A DNA stretch of 64,000 nucleotides. Origin: an uncultured Nitrososphaerales archaeon (GTDB lineage Archaea > Thermoproteota > Nitrososphaeria > Nitrososphaerales > Nitrososphaeraceae). How positions within the stretch are numbered: position 1 is the first letter of the stretch; every line of letters begins with the position of its first letter. The translations under genes were made by a program, and so were the position numbers. Of the stretch, positions 30,296 to 41,138 are shown one piece after another. Location: assembly GCA_963709405.1 (NCBI GenBank), contig CAVPXM010000063.1, positions 64,001 to 128,000 on the forward strand, read 5' to 3'. The notes below the pieces were generated by a model. The model saw only the letters and a list, made by a program, of their open reading frames with translations. It made no database searches and had not been told where the DNA came from.

Positions 30296-31871
30296 TTAAT
30301 GTACAGGAATTAATAATTGGCCGGAATTAGTATTGATACCATGAGTAGTAATAACTGGCGACGGTTTTGATAAGCCTATGTTGAATGTGTTACTAAATGT
30401 AGGTACCGCCTTAGCTGCGAATTCAAGAAGAGGTGCGTGCCAAATTCCGAAACCAACCATAAACACGACAGCAAAGATCAATACCGCAACGGTGGCTCGT
30501 GGTTCCTTAACTCTAGTCATATCAGGTCCTTCTTCCATGTACATTTTTCTTATAATCCAAGCATAGTAAGCCAGCGACAAAGCACTATTAAGTACGCCAG
30601 CTATCGCCAAGTATGGACCCCATGGGACTTGAGTACCGCTATTAATCGCTGCGCCAAAGACCACCAACTTACTCCAAAAGCCATTTAGTGGAGGCACGCC
30701 TGCAAGGGCTAATAATGAAATCGAAAATGCTATGGCCGTAATTGGCATACGGTAACCAAGTCCTCTGTACCTCTCCAGACTATAGCTTGCTAGAGCAGTA
30801 GCGACTGCCGCAGGCAGCAATAAAGCCGGCTGATTTCATGACAGCATGATTCATAATATAAAATAGCGAACCTGTCAACGCTTGATCAGAATATGGTGCA
30901 AGTGCAAGACCAATCAAAATATAGCCTGCTTGAGCAATGCTTGAGTAAGCTAGAATCCTAGGAACGCTTTTCTGAACTAGTGCACCGAAGTTTCCTAGTG
31001 TCATAGTAAATACAGCTACCACAGCTAATACTAAACTCCAATCTGGATTTAGGACGAACATTCCCAGCACAATTACTCGAATCGCTGCCGCAAAGCCCGC
31101 CTTCTTGGTCCCAGCTGCTAACAGTGCACCTATAGTGGTAGGCGAACCTTCGTATGCATCAGGGAGCCACATATGGAATGGCACTAGACCCATCTTGAAC
31201 CCAAAACCAGCTATAAATAGGCCTACCGCTAGTAGACCAACTGGTAACATATCTTTTTGAATATGAGCCATCGCTTGGATCGATTGAGCAATATTCGTAG
31301 TTCCTGTTATTCCATACACTAGACCTATAGCAATTACAAGAATAGCCGAAGAAAGCGCGCCGAACATAAAGTACTTGATAGCGGCTTCATTGGAAATCGG
31401 ATCTCTTTTTGAAAAGGCTGCAAGTGCATAGGTTGGAAGCGACATTAATTCCCAAGATACAAGCAACATGACTAGATCGGTAGAATAAGCGATTAGTACC
31501 ATCCCTATGGTAGACAAAAGAATGAGAGAATAGTATGCCGCAGGGTTTGTCTTGCCCTTCATATAGTTCCATGAAGATACCGTTACCATAATAGAGACGA
31601 TTAAGAACGCAGTAGCGAAAAACGATCCAAATACGTCGTTAGAAAGAACACCTGGACCAAATGCCATACCTGGAATTACTTCCCCAGACAATACTCTAAA
31701 AAGGACAAATCCTATGGCAAAAATTAAGGTTCCAACAGAAATACCACTGTATAGCTTGTTACTATCACCTCTCTCTTTCCGTAATCCATCAATAACTGGT
31801 ATAGCAAGTCCTACTACTCCTAATACTACTGTAAGAATAAGTGGTGTTGATATTACTAGATCTTCAACCAT
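30296..31871 (-). CDS. nuoN: NADH-quinone oxidoreductase-like subunit N (frameshift near 30815)
   Basis: SNEAAIKYF, FKMGLVPFHMWLPDAYEG and LAYSSIAQAGY, continuing into LAGVPPLNGFWSK. Confidence 0.92.
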
Positions 31872-31887
31872 TTTTCAATATCTCCTG

Positions 31888-33951
31888 TTAAATCAAAAGT
31901 AACATGATGATGATCATGATACCGACTCCGAATACAAACAAATAAGTCTGCGTAATTCCTGTTTGAGCTGCTTTGACGATCTTGGAAAACGATGCCATAG
32001 AAAACTGAAATGCTGGATTAATGCCTTCAATCACTACACTTTCAAAGTATCTCCATACTACTCGATAAATTACTACTGGGCCAATTACTCCACCCCAGTA
32101 TAATGCAGTATTAAGATACCATCTGTTGTACAAAAATTTCCAGATGGCCCTTGTAATTACTGATGCGGATATTATTTTCGGGTCTACATGTCTTCCAATA
32201 TAAAATACGTACCCGAGCCCCCCTCCTATCGCAAAGGCGCCAACAGACGCCACTGCAGCGGTAGGATTAAGGCCTAGAATTGTAGTAGCTGCTCTACCCG
32301 AATTTTCAGTAGTTGTATGCTCTCTTATTCCGAACGAACTTGCAAGATATTCTGCAAAAGTATGATGCAATTGAGCTTCGAATATGGGACCAATTAGCCC
32401 TCCCACGATTGTTGCAACTGCCAATATGCCAAACGGAAGCCACATAACCTTACCTACCTCGTGTATGTGGTGCCCAGTCTCTTTCATATGCTTTACATGC
32501 TTGCTCTCCTCACCGAAAAAGGCCATTCCTACCATTCTAAAGGTGTAAAACGCGGTCATAATTGCAACTATTACAGCTATCGCAAAAAGGGGAACGGCGT
32601 GTACGTATCCCGAATTAAGAACAGCAGCAAATATCGCATCCTTGCTCCAAAACCCAGATGTCACAAGTGGCGCAGCCGCAAGCGACAATGCGGCTAATAG
32701 CATGAATATATATGTTTTTTTCATGTATTTGCGCATTCCACCCATATCCGTCATGTATCTGGAGCCCACAGTGTGTAAAAGGGCACCCGCGCCCATGAAG
32801 AGAGACGCCTTAAATAGAGCGTGACTCATAAGTTGAAAGAATCCAGCCGTGTAACCCTCGACAAAGTTAGTCGAAAGCCCGGCGATTCCCAATGCCATCA
32901 TCATATAACCTATTTGAGAACCAGTGGAATAGGCAAGGACTTTTTTGATTTCAGGGTTTACTAGGGCTTGTGTTGCTAGCAAAAATGCGGTTATTGCACC
33001 TACCCAGGCTACAACCTCAAAAAACTGACTGACGCCAAATGCAGCCAAGGCGAAAAAGAGGGGGCCAACCTGCGCTACCAAAAAAACACCAGCCTTTACC
33101 ATGGTTGCTGCGTGAATCAGTGCCGAGACTGGAGTAGGCCCAGTCATGGCCTCCAAGAGCCATTCATTCAATGGGAACTGAGCTGATTTTCCGATTGCTC
33201 CTCCGAAGAGCAGTACAGCTGCAGGTACGAGCAGGTTTTGATGAGCCATTTGGACGGACCATTCTTGATTCTGAGCTAGTTCTTTAAACCCAAAGGTACC
33301 GGAATAAATGAATATCAAAAACATGCCTGCAAGCATCATCGTATCCCCAGCCCTTGTCATGAGGAAAGCCTTCATACCCGCGTGAGTGGGAGAGGCCCAC
33401 ATTGCAATACCTCCTGCAAAATGCCCTTCCTTGCCGACGTTGTCTTTCTTTCTGTCCGCATGCCAAAATCCAATAAGAGCATATGATGCCAGACCCACAC
33501 CTTCCCATCCAAAGAACATCATCAGAAGGTTATCCGATAATACTATCAACTGCATTGAACCGATGAAAAAAAGCATGAAAAACCAATAACGTGTTAGATC
33601 CTTGTCTTCGTGCATGTATCCTGTCGAATAGACTATAATCAGAAAGGATATCCATGCCACGAGGTTGGTCATTATCACAGACAATGGAGTAGCAAGAACG
33701 CCAGTCTTGAGCCCTAAAGCTCCTATCCAACTAACCTGGCTATCAATCACACTGTTACTAGCAATTAGCGGCAACAACGTTGAAGCAGAAATTGCGCTAG
33801 CTAAAGCGAAACCGACAGCAGTATAGTTTTTAATTCGGTCAGGTCTGTGTGAAACAGCTGGTATTACAGCTGCTCCGACGAATGGGAGGATCCATACCAA
33901 CCAAACGTTAACGCCCAGCCCTTGAAATCCAATTACTTCATTCATTGTCAC
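31888..33951 (-). CDS. nuoL: Complex I subunit L
   Basis: GWEGVG, GKSAQFPL..WL.EAMTGPTPVSALIHAATMV, HALFKA, GFWSKD. Confidence 0.95.
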   Translation of the reverse strand: MTMNEVIGFQGLGVNVWLVWILPFVGAAVIPAVSHRPDRIKNYTAVGFALASAISASTLLPLIASNSVIDSQVSWIGALGLKTGVLATPLSVIMTNLVAWISFLIIVYSTGYMHEDKDLTRYWFFMLFFIGSMQLIVLSDNLLMMFFGWEGVGLASYALIGFWHADRKKDNVGKEGHFAGGIAMWASPTHAGMKAFLMTRAGDTMMLAGMFLIFIYSGTFGFKELAQNQEWSVQMAHQNLLVPAAVLLFGGAIGKSAQFPLNEWLLEAMTGPTPVSALIHAATMVKAGVFLVAQVGPLFFALAAFGVSQFFEVVAWVGAITAFLLATQALVNPEIKKVLAYSTGSQIGYMMMALGIAGLSTNFVEGYTAGFFQLMSHALFKASLFMGAGALLHTVGSRYMTDMGGMRKYMKKTYIFMLLAALSLAAAPLVTSGFWSKDAIFAAVLNSGYVHAVPLFAIAVIVAIMTAFYTFRMVGMAFFGEESKHVKHMKETGHHIHEVGKVMWLPFGILAVATIVGGLIGPIFEAQLHHTFAEYLASSFGIREHTTTENSGRAATTILGLNPTAAVASVGAFAIGGGLGYVFYIGRHVDPKIISASVITRAIWKFLYNRWYLNTALYWGGVIGPVVIYRVVWRYFESVVIEGINPAFQFSMASFSKIVKAAQTGITQTYLFVFGVGIMIIIMLLLI

Positions 33952-33980
33952 TCAGACCGATCCTCATTATGCGTCATATT

Positions 33981-35792
33981 TTAATTCTGGGCTCCTCCAG
34001 ATCTTTGGACACTCAAGAGCATGCCTTTCGCATCTATATTGGAGATATGGTGAGGCATTTGAATATCGGATATTGGATTTATATTCCTATTAATTGGTAT
34101 TGGTAATTCATGACCATGTCCTGGCAGTGGCAAGACTTGTGGGTTATTTGCAAACATTGCCTGAATATAGCTTGAAATTGGCGTAATTAACGGATTAGGA
34201 TATACACCAATAATTAGAGTAATAGCAGCAAGAACAGCCATAGTCACTGTAATATATCTATTAGAGTCCTTCACCTGATGCAAATATTCTGGAAGCTTCC
34301 CGAAGAATATACGCTTGTACATCCACAAAATGTAGGCAGTGGACAACACTGTTGCCAATATACCAAATCCAAAAAGAATCACTCTAAATGAGTTCATGTC
34401 GTGCACTCCGGTTTGGAGAACTCCACTAAATAGAATCCATTCTGACATGAATCCGCTAGTTGGAGGAATACCAATAATCGTCAACCCTCCAATCATTGCA
34501 ATTACTGCAGTATAAGGCATCTTTCCAGCCAATCCTCCTAGTTTCGACATACTTCTTGTACCGGTCTGAAGAATAATTGATCCGGCCATCATGAATAAGA
34601 TGCCCTTTCCCAGGCCATGAGTAACATACATCAAGGTAGCTCCAGTAATCCCCAAGATACTTTCAGATCCTAAGCCAAAAAGGATATAGCCCATCTGGCT
34701 TATACTAGAATAAGCCAACACCTTTTTGATATCATCCTGCATAAGAGCCATGGCCCCTCCATAGATCATTGTAGCCAGTCCCCACATGTTTATGTAGATG
34801 CTATATTGAGCGTAATCTCCACTCAAAAGATCCATCCAAAGGCGAAGTAGGCCGTATGCGCCTATTCCAATCATCGCAGGAGATAACAATGCTGAGATCG
34901 GTGTTGGTGCTTCTGCATGTGCATATGGTAACCATATATGAAGTCCAAACGCAGCCAATTTAACACCTAGTCCTATCACAATCGCAAATACGATGATCGT
35001 TATCCACTGGACTGGTATATGTGAGGCGTTTGCCTTTACAACAGAATAATCGAAGCCTCCTGCTAAAAATCCCATAGCGAGCAATCCAAGCAACAAAACT
35101 ACAGCCCCGGCATGTGTCCAGAAAAAGAACATCAGAGAGATTCTACGTCTCGCTCCGTATCCATAAAAAGCAATTAGAAAAAATGATGGAACCAGCATAA
35201 GTTCGAAAAAGACGTAAAATTCTATCAAATTAGTGGCCAGAACAGTCCCTAACATGCCCATAGAAAACATCAGGTATAGCGCGAAGTACAGACCAGTTTG
35301 GGATTTTACGTAATTTTCTCTTTCTATTAAAGTAGTTCTCTGCTCGAGCGTTTCGATATTTAGCCGTCCCGATTGGCTAACTTCACCCCGACCTGGCTTA
35401 TCAGGGGCTAGATCATGGGAATTGGAATCCTTGCCGGTATTGTCAAATCGTTCCCTGGCCTCTTCTTCTATTCGATGAGCCATGTAAGGTTTTGAATAAA
35501 GAGCAAGCACGGTACACAAGATATAAATTGTTAACGCAAATGGCAAACTGAGTCCATCCAACCTGAGGCCGAAATTACCAAATTGACTCCATGTATAGCT
35601 TTCAACGTATGCAGATTTGCCCCCACCTAGCATCATCGCCGGAATGAACAGCATGATTGTTGATATGGCTATCACGGCAAATGAGAACCAGGTGGTTAAA
35701 TTGACACCGTATTTTCTACCCAAATAATATGCAACTGGAGCCAGGATTAGAGGTAGAAAGGTGGCAACCAACAAAAAATGTAGTTCAGCCAT
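33981..35792 (-). CDS. nuoM: Complex I subunit M
   Basis: FYVFFELML, HIWLPYAHAEAP, LAYSSISQMG, PPTSGFMSE. Confidence 0.95.
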   Translation of the reverse strand: MAELHFLLVATFLPLILAPVAYYLGRKYGVNLTTWFSFAVIAISTIMLFIPAMMLGGGKSAYVESYTWSQFGNFGLRLDGLSLPFALTIYILCTVLALYSKPYMAHRIEEEARERFDNTGKDSNSHDLAPDKPGRGEVSQSGRLNIETLEQRTTLIERENYVKSQTGLYFALYLMFSMGMLGTVLATNLIEFYVFFELMLVPSFFLIAFYGYGARRRISLMFFFWTHAGAVVLLLGLLAMGFLAGGFDYSVVKANASHIPVQWITIIVFAIVIGLGVKLAAFGLHIWLPYAHAEAPTPISALLSPAMIGIGAYGLLRLWMDLLSGDYAQYSIYINMWGLATMIYGGAMALMQDDIKKVLAYSSISQMGYILFGLGSESILGITGATLMYVTHGLGKGILFMMAGSIILQTGTRSMSKLGGLAGKMPYTAVIAMIGGLTIIGIPPTSGFMSEWILFSGVLQTGVHDMNSFRVILFGFGILATVLSTAYILWMYKRIFFGKLPEYLHQVKDSNRYITVTMAVLAAITLIIGVYPNPLITPISSYIQAMFANNPQVLPLPGHGHELPIPINRNINPISDIQMPHHISNIDAKGMLLSVQRSGGAQN

Positions 35793-36095
35793 TTAACCCT
35801 TCATACTCCTGAATTCCTCGACATCAATCTCCTTGTACAATCTATAGGCAACAATAATAATACCGAGGCCAACAGCAACCTCAGCTGCTGCGATTGCAAT
35901 AGAAAATAACGCAAAAAGTTGTCCCTGCGCATTATTAACGCTTCTTGAAAATGCGACGAGATTTATATTTGCCGCGTTCGCAATTATTTCAATCGCAAAT
36001 ATCATACGTATTGCATTTCTTTTTACCACTAATCCATATATCCCAATGGCAATGAGCATAGTGCTTACGACTATGTAATCAATCAGCTCGTTCAT
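35793..36095 (-). CDS. nuoK: Complex I subunit K
   Basis: AIEIIANA, AAAEVAVGL. Confidence 0.95.
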   Translation of the reverse strand: MNELIDYIVVSTMLIAIGIYGLVVKRNAIRMIFAIEIIANAANINLVAFSRSVNNAQGQLFALFSIAIAAAEVAVGLGIIIVAYRLYKEIDVEEFRSMKG

Positions 36096-36603
36096 TTCGC
36101 TGTTCTATGTCCTCCCTGCGAGCTAACGTCAACGCTCCAATGATGGCAACTGCTAGCACTAACCCGAGTACAATTAACGCAGGAGAATAATATGTGAGCA
36201 TCTGTTTTCCTATTGCAACAAAGTTGATACTCGAATTTTGAAATTTCATCAAATGTGGGTTATTGAGACCCGAATAGATGAGTATTGCTCCCAGTCCGGC
36301 CATAAATACTATCAAAAGGACTATTCCTGCACCTTTCCGTCCTCTGTCTTCTTTTCTCGAAAACAGTTCCTGAGTTCTTACTAGCATGACTGTGAAAATA
36401 ACTAATACCGCGACTGCTCCGACATACACAGTTATCTGAAACATAGCTACGAATGGCGAATCCAGAAGCAAAAAGAACCCAGCAACGCCCAGCATTGAGA
36501 TAGCCAGAGCGATTCCACCGTAGATTAGTTCTCTTGATTCCAAAGATACGATCGCAGCACCTATTGTTAAGACTGCAGTTGCAATAAAAATAGGATCAGC
36601 CAT
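36079..36603 (-). CDS. nuoJ: Complex I subunit J
   Basis: QITVYVGAVAVLVIFTVML. Confidence 0.93.
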   Translation of the reverse strand: MADPIFIATAVLTIGAAIVSLESRELIYGGIALAISMLGVAGFFLLLDSPFVAMFQITVYVGAVAVLVIFTVMLVRTQELFSRKEDRGRKGAGIVLLIVFMAGLGAILIYSGLNNPHLMKFQNSSINFVAIGKQMLTYYSPALIVLGLVLAVAIIGALTLARREDIEQRNERAD

Positions 36604-37093
36604 GCGTTGCCCCTCTCTCATCGATCTTTAGCTCGACGCTTCCATCATACTTTGGTTTAATCGCAAGTTGTGCAGGAGTGTAAATCAAGTGCTCTTTTGT
36701 ATAGGCTGACAATTCGTAGTCATCTGTCATATACAATGCATAGAATGGACAAGCATCAACACACAGACCACAGAACACGCACTTGCCAAAATCGATTTGA
36801 GGCATGATCGATTTTTTATTGTGTTTCCATTTCTCGTCAACTTTCACCATCCCGATTGCTTCTGCTATACCTTCACATGCGATAGCACATAACTGACAAC
36901 CTGTACATTTGTCATGAAATAGGATATGTCTTCCACGGTATCCAGCTATCCCAACCCCACGTTTGGGATCAAATTGGTAGCCGTCACCAACAAACTTTAG
37001 TCTTTTTTCAGGATAGCGTAGCGTAAATCTCTTTATTATCAGATGCTTCGAGCCTGATTCGATTGCCTTGATAAATCCTCCAGCAGCTGTCAA
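36596..37093 (-). CDS. nuoI: Complex I subunit I (2x[4Fe-4S])
   Basis: CTGCQLCAIAC and CVFCGLCVDACP; TTG start at 37093. Confidence 0.95.
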   Translation of the reverse strand: MTAAGGFIKAIESGSKHLIIKRFTLRYPEKRLKFVGDGYQFDPKRGVGIAGYRGRHILFHDKCTGCQLCAIACEGIAEAIGMVKVDEKWKHNKKSIMPQIDFGKCVFCGLCVDACPFYALYMTDDYELSAYTKEHLIYTPAQLAIKPKYDGSVELKIDERGATHG

Positions 37094-38394
37094 TGTGGTG
37101 TTAATAATCCTCCTGGGCCGAACACTCCTCCATAAACTAATGCGAGGGCTATAAACATATTTATGAATGACAGGACAATCAGCTTGTACCATCCTGTATG
37201 CAGGAGTATATCGATTCTAATTCTAGGGTTTATACCTCTTGGTAACAGCATCAACATTATAATTCCAAATGTCTTTAGCGAAAACCAGAAGACAGCATTG
37301 ACTGTCACAGCGTTGTATATGGGTCTAAGCGTAAGTAATTGGATTAATGGGCTCTGTGGACCAGGAGGACCAAGCACTTGAGGAAAGATCTGTGGACCCG
37401 CCCATCCACCTAGAAATAGAGTGACAAAAAGTGCGGCTAGGGCATACAACTTGATATAAGTTCCTAGCTGAAGAAGTCCATATATCATTCCCGATGTTTC
37501 AGTCAACCATCCTGCGACTATCTCGCTTTCTGCCTCAGGTAAGTCAAACGGAATCCTTTCCAGTTCTGCAAGAGAAGAGATAAAGAAGACAAATGCACTT
37601 ATGGGCAAAAAGAAGAAATACCAAACTTGTGTCTGAGCCAACGCGATATGTGTTAGATTCAGTGAACCCGAAAGTATAACTACAGACAATGCTGACAATA
37701 TAAATGGTATCTCAAAAGCTATCATTTGATGAAGCGCTCGCAAGCCGCCAATGAAGGGGTATTTGCTATTGCTAGCCCAAGAAAAGAGAAGGGCAATTAA
37801 TGGGAAGAAACCCAGGATTGCAAATGCAGCCAATAGGCCCACGTCTGTATTTGAAACAACCCATCCAGGAGCAACCGGTATTAACGAAATTACTGCTGCA
37901 GATGCTGCGACAAAAGCAACTGGCGCGGCCCAAAAAATTAGCTTGTCAGCCCCGGAGGGGATAATTATCTCCTTGGAGATGAGCTTTAAACCATCCGCAA
38001 TTAATTGTAGAATTCCTTCTATTTTTCCTGCATATAGAGGTCCGACTCTCAGCTGCATTTTAGCCAGAAACTTTCGTTCTACAAATATGGTAACTGCTGC
38101 GAATATTGCGGCATAACCGAAACCAGGAAATACCGCCACTTTAAACAGAGTAGTATGCATTATAAACTTCAGGACTGGAAGGGTTCTTGTTGGATCGACC
38201 ATCATAGATAAAAATAGGTATGGAGTAAGAACCTGGCCGTTAACTGGGGGCAGCGGGACATAAAATAAAATTATAAAAATAAGGGGAAGGGCTGCAAGTG
38301 ATACTATAACGAGTACAATTAATATTAACCATATTAGACTAGCAATAAAATTACCAAACCGAAATTCTACTATCCTTGACCCCCTTGACCCCAT
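37090..38394 (-). CDS. nuoH: Complex I subunit H
   Basis: ERKFLAKMQLRVGP, ADGLKLISKE, RIPFDLPEAESEIVAG. Confidence 0.96.
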   Translation of the reverse strand: MGSRGSRIVEFRFGNFIASLIWLILIVLVIVSLAALPLIFIILFYVPLPPVNGQVLTPYLFLSMMVDPTRTLPVLKFIMHTTLFKVAVFPGFGYAAIFAAVTIFVERKFLAKMQLRVGPLYAGKIEGILQLIADGLKLISKEIIIPSGADKLIFWAAPVAFVAASAAVISLIPVAPGWVVSNTDVGLLAAFAILGFFPLIALLFSWASNSKYPFIGGLRALHQMIAFEIPFILSALSVVILSGSLNLTHIALAQTQVWYFFFLPISAFVFFISSLAELERIPFDLPEAESEIVAGWLTETSGMIYGLLQLGTYIKLYALAALFVTLFLGGWAGPQIFPQVLGPPGPQSPLIQLLTLRPIYNAVTVNAVFWFSLKTFGIIMLMLLPRGINPRIRIDILLHTGWYKLIVLSFINMFIALALVYGGVFGPGGLLTPH

Positions 38395-38399
38395 GGTAA

Positions 38400-39576
38400 T
38401 TATCGATCAGCCTCCACAGGCCAATAGTTTAGTGCCCAATAAATTGCAGGCATGTCTGCCAATTTTGCTCCTACAAGCAAATGTGGCAATGCCAACAGAT
38501 TTCTGAAAGAACCAACAGATATCTTCACCCTGTATGGTTTTGGCGTACCATCGCTTATAATGTAATATCCCAATGCGCCTCTACCGGATTCTACCCTCCT
38601 ATAAGCTTCACCCGCAGGGCCCTTTGGATTAGGTTGCAGCTTTGCTCTAACCTCTCCTGATTGAGGAATCTTGTCTAGTAATTGCCTCATAATATAGCAT
38701 GACTCTTTCATATCTAAAAATGGGACATAGGCCCTGGCAAAACAATCTGAGCTTTTCATATACTGGACTTTAAAATCTATCTCGTTGTAAACATCGTAAG
38801 GCTCTGCCTTCCTAATGTCGTATGGAATATTTGACGCTCTCAGGTACTGAGCCAGTAACTCCTAACTTTATCGCATCATCCTTTGAAAGTAATGCTACGC
38901 CCTCCGTTCTCTGTCTCATTAAAGGATTGTTATAAAAGACACTTTCATACTCTTTCATTCTTTTCTCAAAGTATGCGATCTGCCTAAGACACTTTTCTGG
39001 GAATCCGTATGGCATATCATTTCTTACTCCGCCAGGAATGTTAAATGCATGAGTAACCCTGGCACCAGTCAACATTTCTAACAAATCAATAAATAACTCT
39101 CGGTCCCCAGTTGGCCACATAAACATCGTCGAATGACCTAGGAAAATGCCGTATATTGCTAACCAATATAGCGTGTACACTTGACGGTTCAGCTCTGAAG
39201 CTATAGCTCTGATAAATTGTCCTCTTCTGGGTACCTGAATGTTTGTCAATTCTTCAACTGCGAGGCTATAGGAATAAGTGATATTGTTGGAATCGTGTAT
39301 AACCGGACGTTCAAGATGAGGAATATTTTGAATAAAGTTGCGGTATTCGCACATTTTTTCTTCTCCCCGATGAACATAACCAGGGTCTGGATCACAATGA
39401 ACAATGTAATCACCGTCGACTTTTACAGTAAACCTAAAGTGCCCTGAACCAGGATGCTGTGGGCCCACGCTCAATGTCATGAGACGATCTTCTTCGGATT
39501 CTTTTACTATCTGTAAACCAGCAGTATTAGTATTGTTTTCGATATTTTCTTCGGTGGTTTCCGAGGTCAGTCTCAT
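38400..39576 (-). CDS. nuoD: Complex I subunit D (frameshift near 38840)
   Basis: GPQHPGSG, GYVHRGEEK and ELNR, continuing into ESGRGALG...VEADR. Confidence 0.93.
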
Positions 39577-39579
39577 ACT

Positions 39580-40146
39580 TCACCTTCCCTTTATCCTAAA
39601 CTCCTTTCTCATAGGGGGGATATCTGCCCAATCCTCTGGTAGAAGGAAGCGGTCATTTCTTGGGTGACCTTCGAAATATACTCCGAGCATTTCGAATGTT
39701 TCACGCTCGTGATATTCAACACTTTTATAAATATTTACTAATGAAGGCAATGATGAATTCTCTCGGCTAGTACGGGTGGCCAGCGAAAGTACGTGTGCAG
39801 CAAGTTCATCTCTAGTATAGGAACCTAAATGATATACAACTTCTATGTAATTGCCCTTCGGATAGTCGGTCCCAGCTACGGACTCGGCGTGATCGAAAAG
39901 CAGTACTTCTTTAATGAATGTTGCAATCTCAATAATGTCCGACCGATCAACCTCAACCTTCATCCTGAGTGGCTTTATGAAGGAAACTTTTATCTTATCC
40001 CCGAATTCAGAGATTAATTTATCCACTATTGATTTTTCAAGGGCTGGCACATCGTTTTGTTTTTTTTCGATCGGAGCACTTGGCTTAATCTTCGTGGAGG
40101 AATTCGCATTAGCATCATTTATACTAGAATTCCCTTTTTCGCTCAT
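39580..40146 (-). CDS. nuoC: Complex I subunit C
   Basis: HERETFEMLGVYFEGHP...PPMRK. Confidence 0.95.
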   Translation of the reverse strand: MSEKGNSSINDANANSSTKIKPSAPIEKKQNDVPALEKSIVDKLISEFGDKIKVSFIKPLRMKVEVDRSDIIEIATFIKEVLLFDHAESVAGTDYPKGNYIEVVYHLGSYTRDELAAHVLSLATRTSRENSSLPSLVNIYKSVEYHERETFEMLGVYFEGHPRNDRFLLPEDWADIPPMRKEFRIKGR

Positions 40147-40147
40147 C

Positions 40148-40663
40148 TTAGCCTATCTTCGACCTTTTTATTTTTTCCTGTAGAAGCATCGTACCCTGAA
40201 TCAATGTTTCTGGTCTAGGAGGGCAACCGGGGACATAAACATCGACTGGAATAATTCCATCAACACCAGGAAGAACATTGTACGAATCAATGTATAATCC
40301 CCCGGTAATCGCACAAGCACCCATAGCTATCACATACTTTGGATCAGGCATCTGGTCGTAAACCATCCTAAGTCTTGGTGCCATTTTTCTAGTAACAGTT
40401 CCCTGAACGACAACCAGATCACACTGTCGTAACGACCCGAAGGCCTCTATAATACCAAATCTTTCGACATCGTACCTTGGTCCAGAAGCAGCTCCAAATT
40501 CTACACTACAACATGCGGTCTCGAGATGTACAGGCCACAAAGACCAAATTCTTCCCCAGTTAATAGCATATCCGAGAGGCTGATCAAGAGCTTTGACCAA
40601 GACATCTCCCAATTTACTCACCAATACGTTAAAGTGTGTAGGGTTAATCAAGTCCTTTAGCAT
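40148..40663 (-). CDS. nuoB: Complex I subunit B
   Basis: TACCSVE, MGACA, VPGCPPRPE. Confidence 0.96.
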   Translation of the reverse strand: MLKDLINPTHFNVLVSKLGDVLVKALDQPLGYAINWGRIWSLWPVHLETACCSVEFGAASGPRYDVERFGIIEAFGSLRQCDLVVVQGTVTRKMAPRLRMVYDQMPDPKYVIAMGACAITGGLYIDSYNVLPGVDGIIPVDVYVPGCPPRPETLIQGTMLLQEKIKRSKIG

Positions 40664-40721
40664 GGCGCTTCACCTATTCGTCTACAATTTAAGTATTTAA
40701 TGTTTGTTAGAAAATTAGAAT

Positions 40722-41097
40722 CTACCAAATTCCCTTCTTCCCTGAGAGATATAACGCATAACCCATTGCCGAAAACATTATGCCCAAAAATGCCATCATC
40801 GGAAGAGTTGCGATCCTAGGTATAGAGAATAATGAAACACCCCAAATATACAAGAAAATGGCCATAACGTCGAATACTACGAACATTAAAATGTATGCAT
40901 AATATTGCATCATAAAATGTGTTCGGCCTTCTCCACTTGGGACCTGACCACATTCCATTGGTAGAAATTTGACTGGATTGTAGACTGTGTCTGGGAGAAA
41001 TTAACTTCGAAATAATTAGCGCAGGGATTGAGGCAACCAAACCAAAACCCAACATGTAAAGTACAGGAGCGAAGTCGGCACTCGATTCCCCAACCAA
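40722..41097 (-). CDS. nuoA: Complex I subunit A (frameshift near 40980)
   Basis: N-terminal TM helix, then MECGQ...QYYAYILMFVVFDV across two frames. Confidence 0.9.
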
Positions 41098-41138
41098 GGT
41101 ATCAGTTGCTGATTTAGGAATGATATAAAAATCTTGCT

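Noticed and set aside
33981-35792. Possible 2M-type complex I with duplicated nuoM
   Set aside because: Only one nuoM is present, between nuoK and nuoL.
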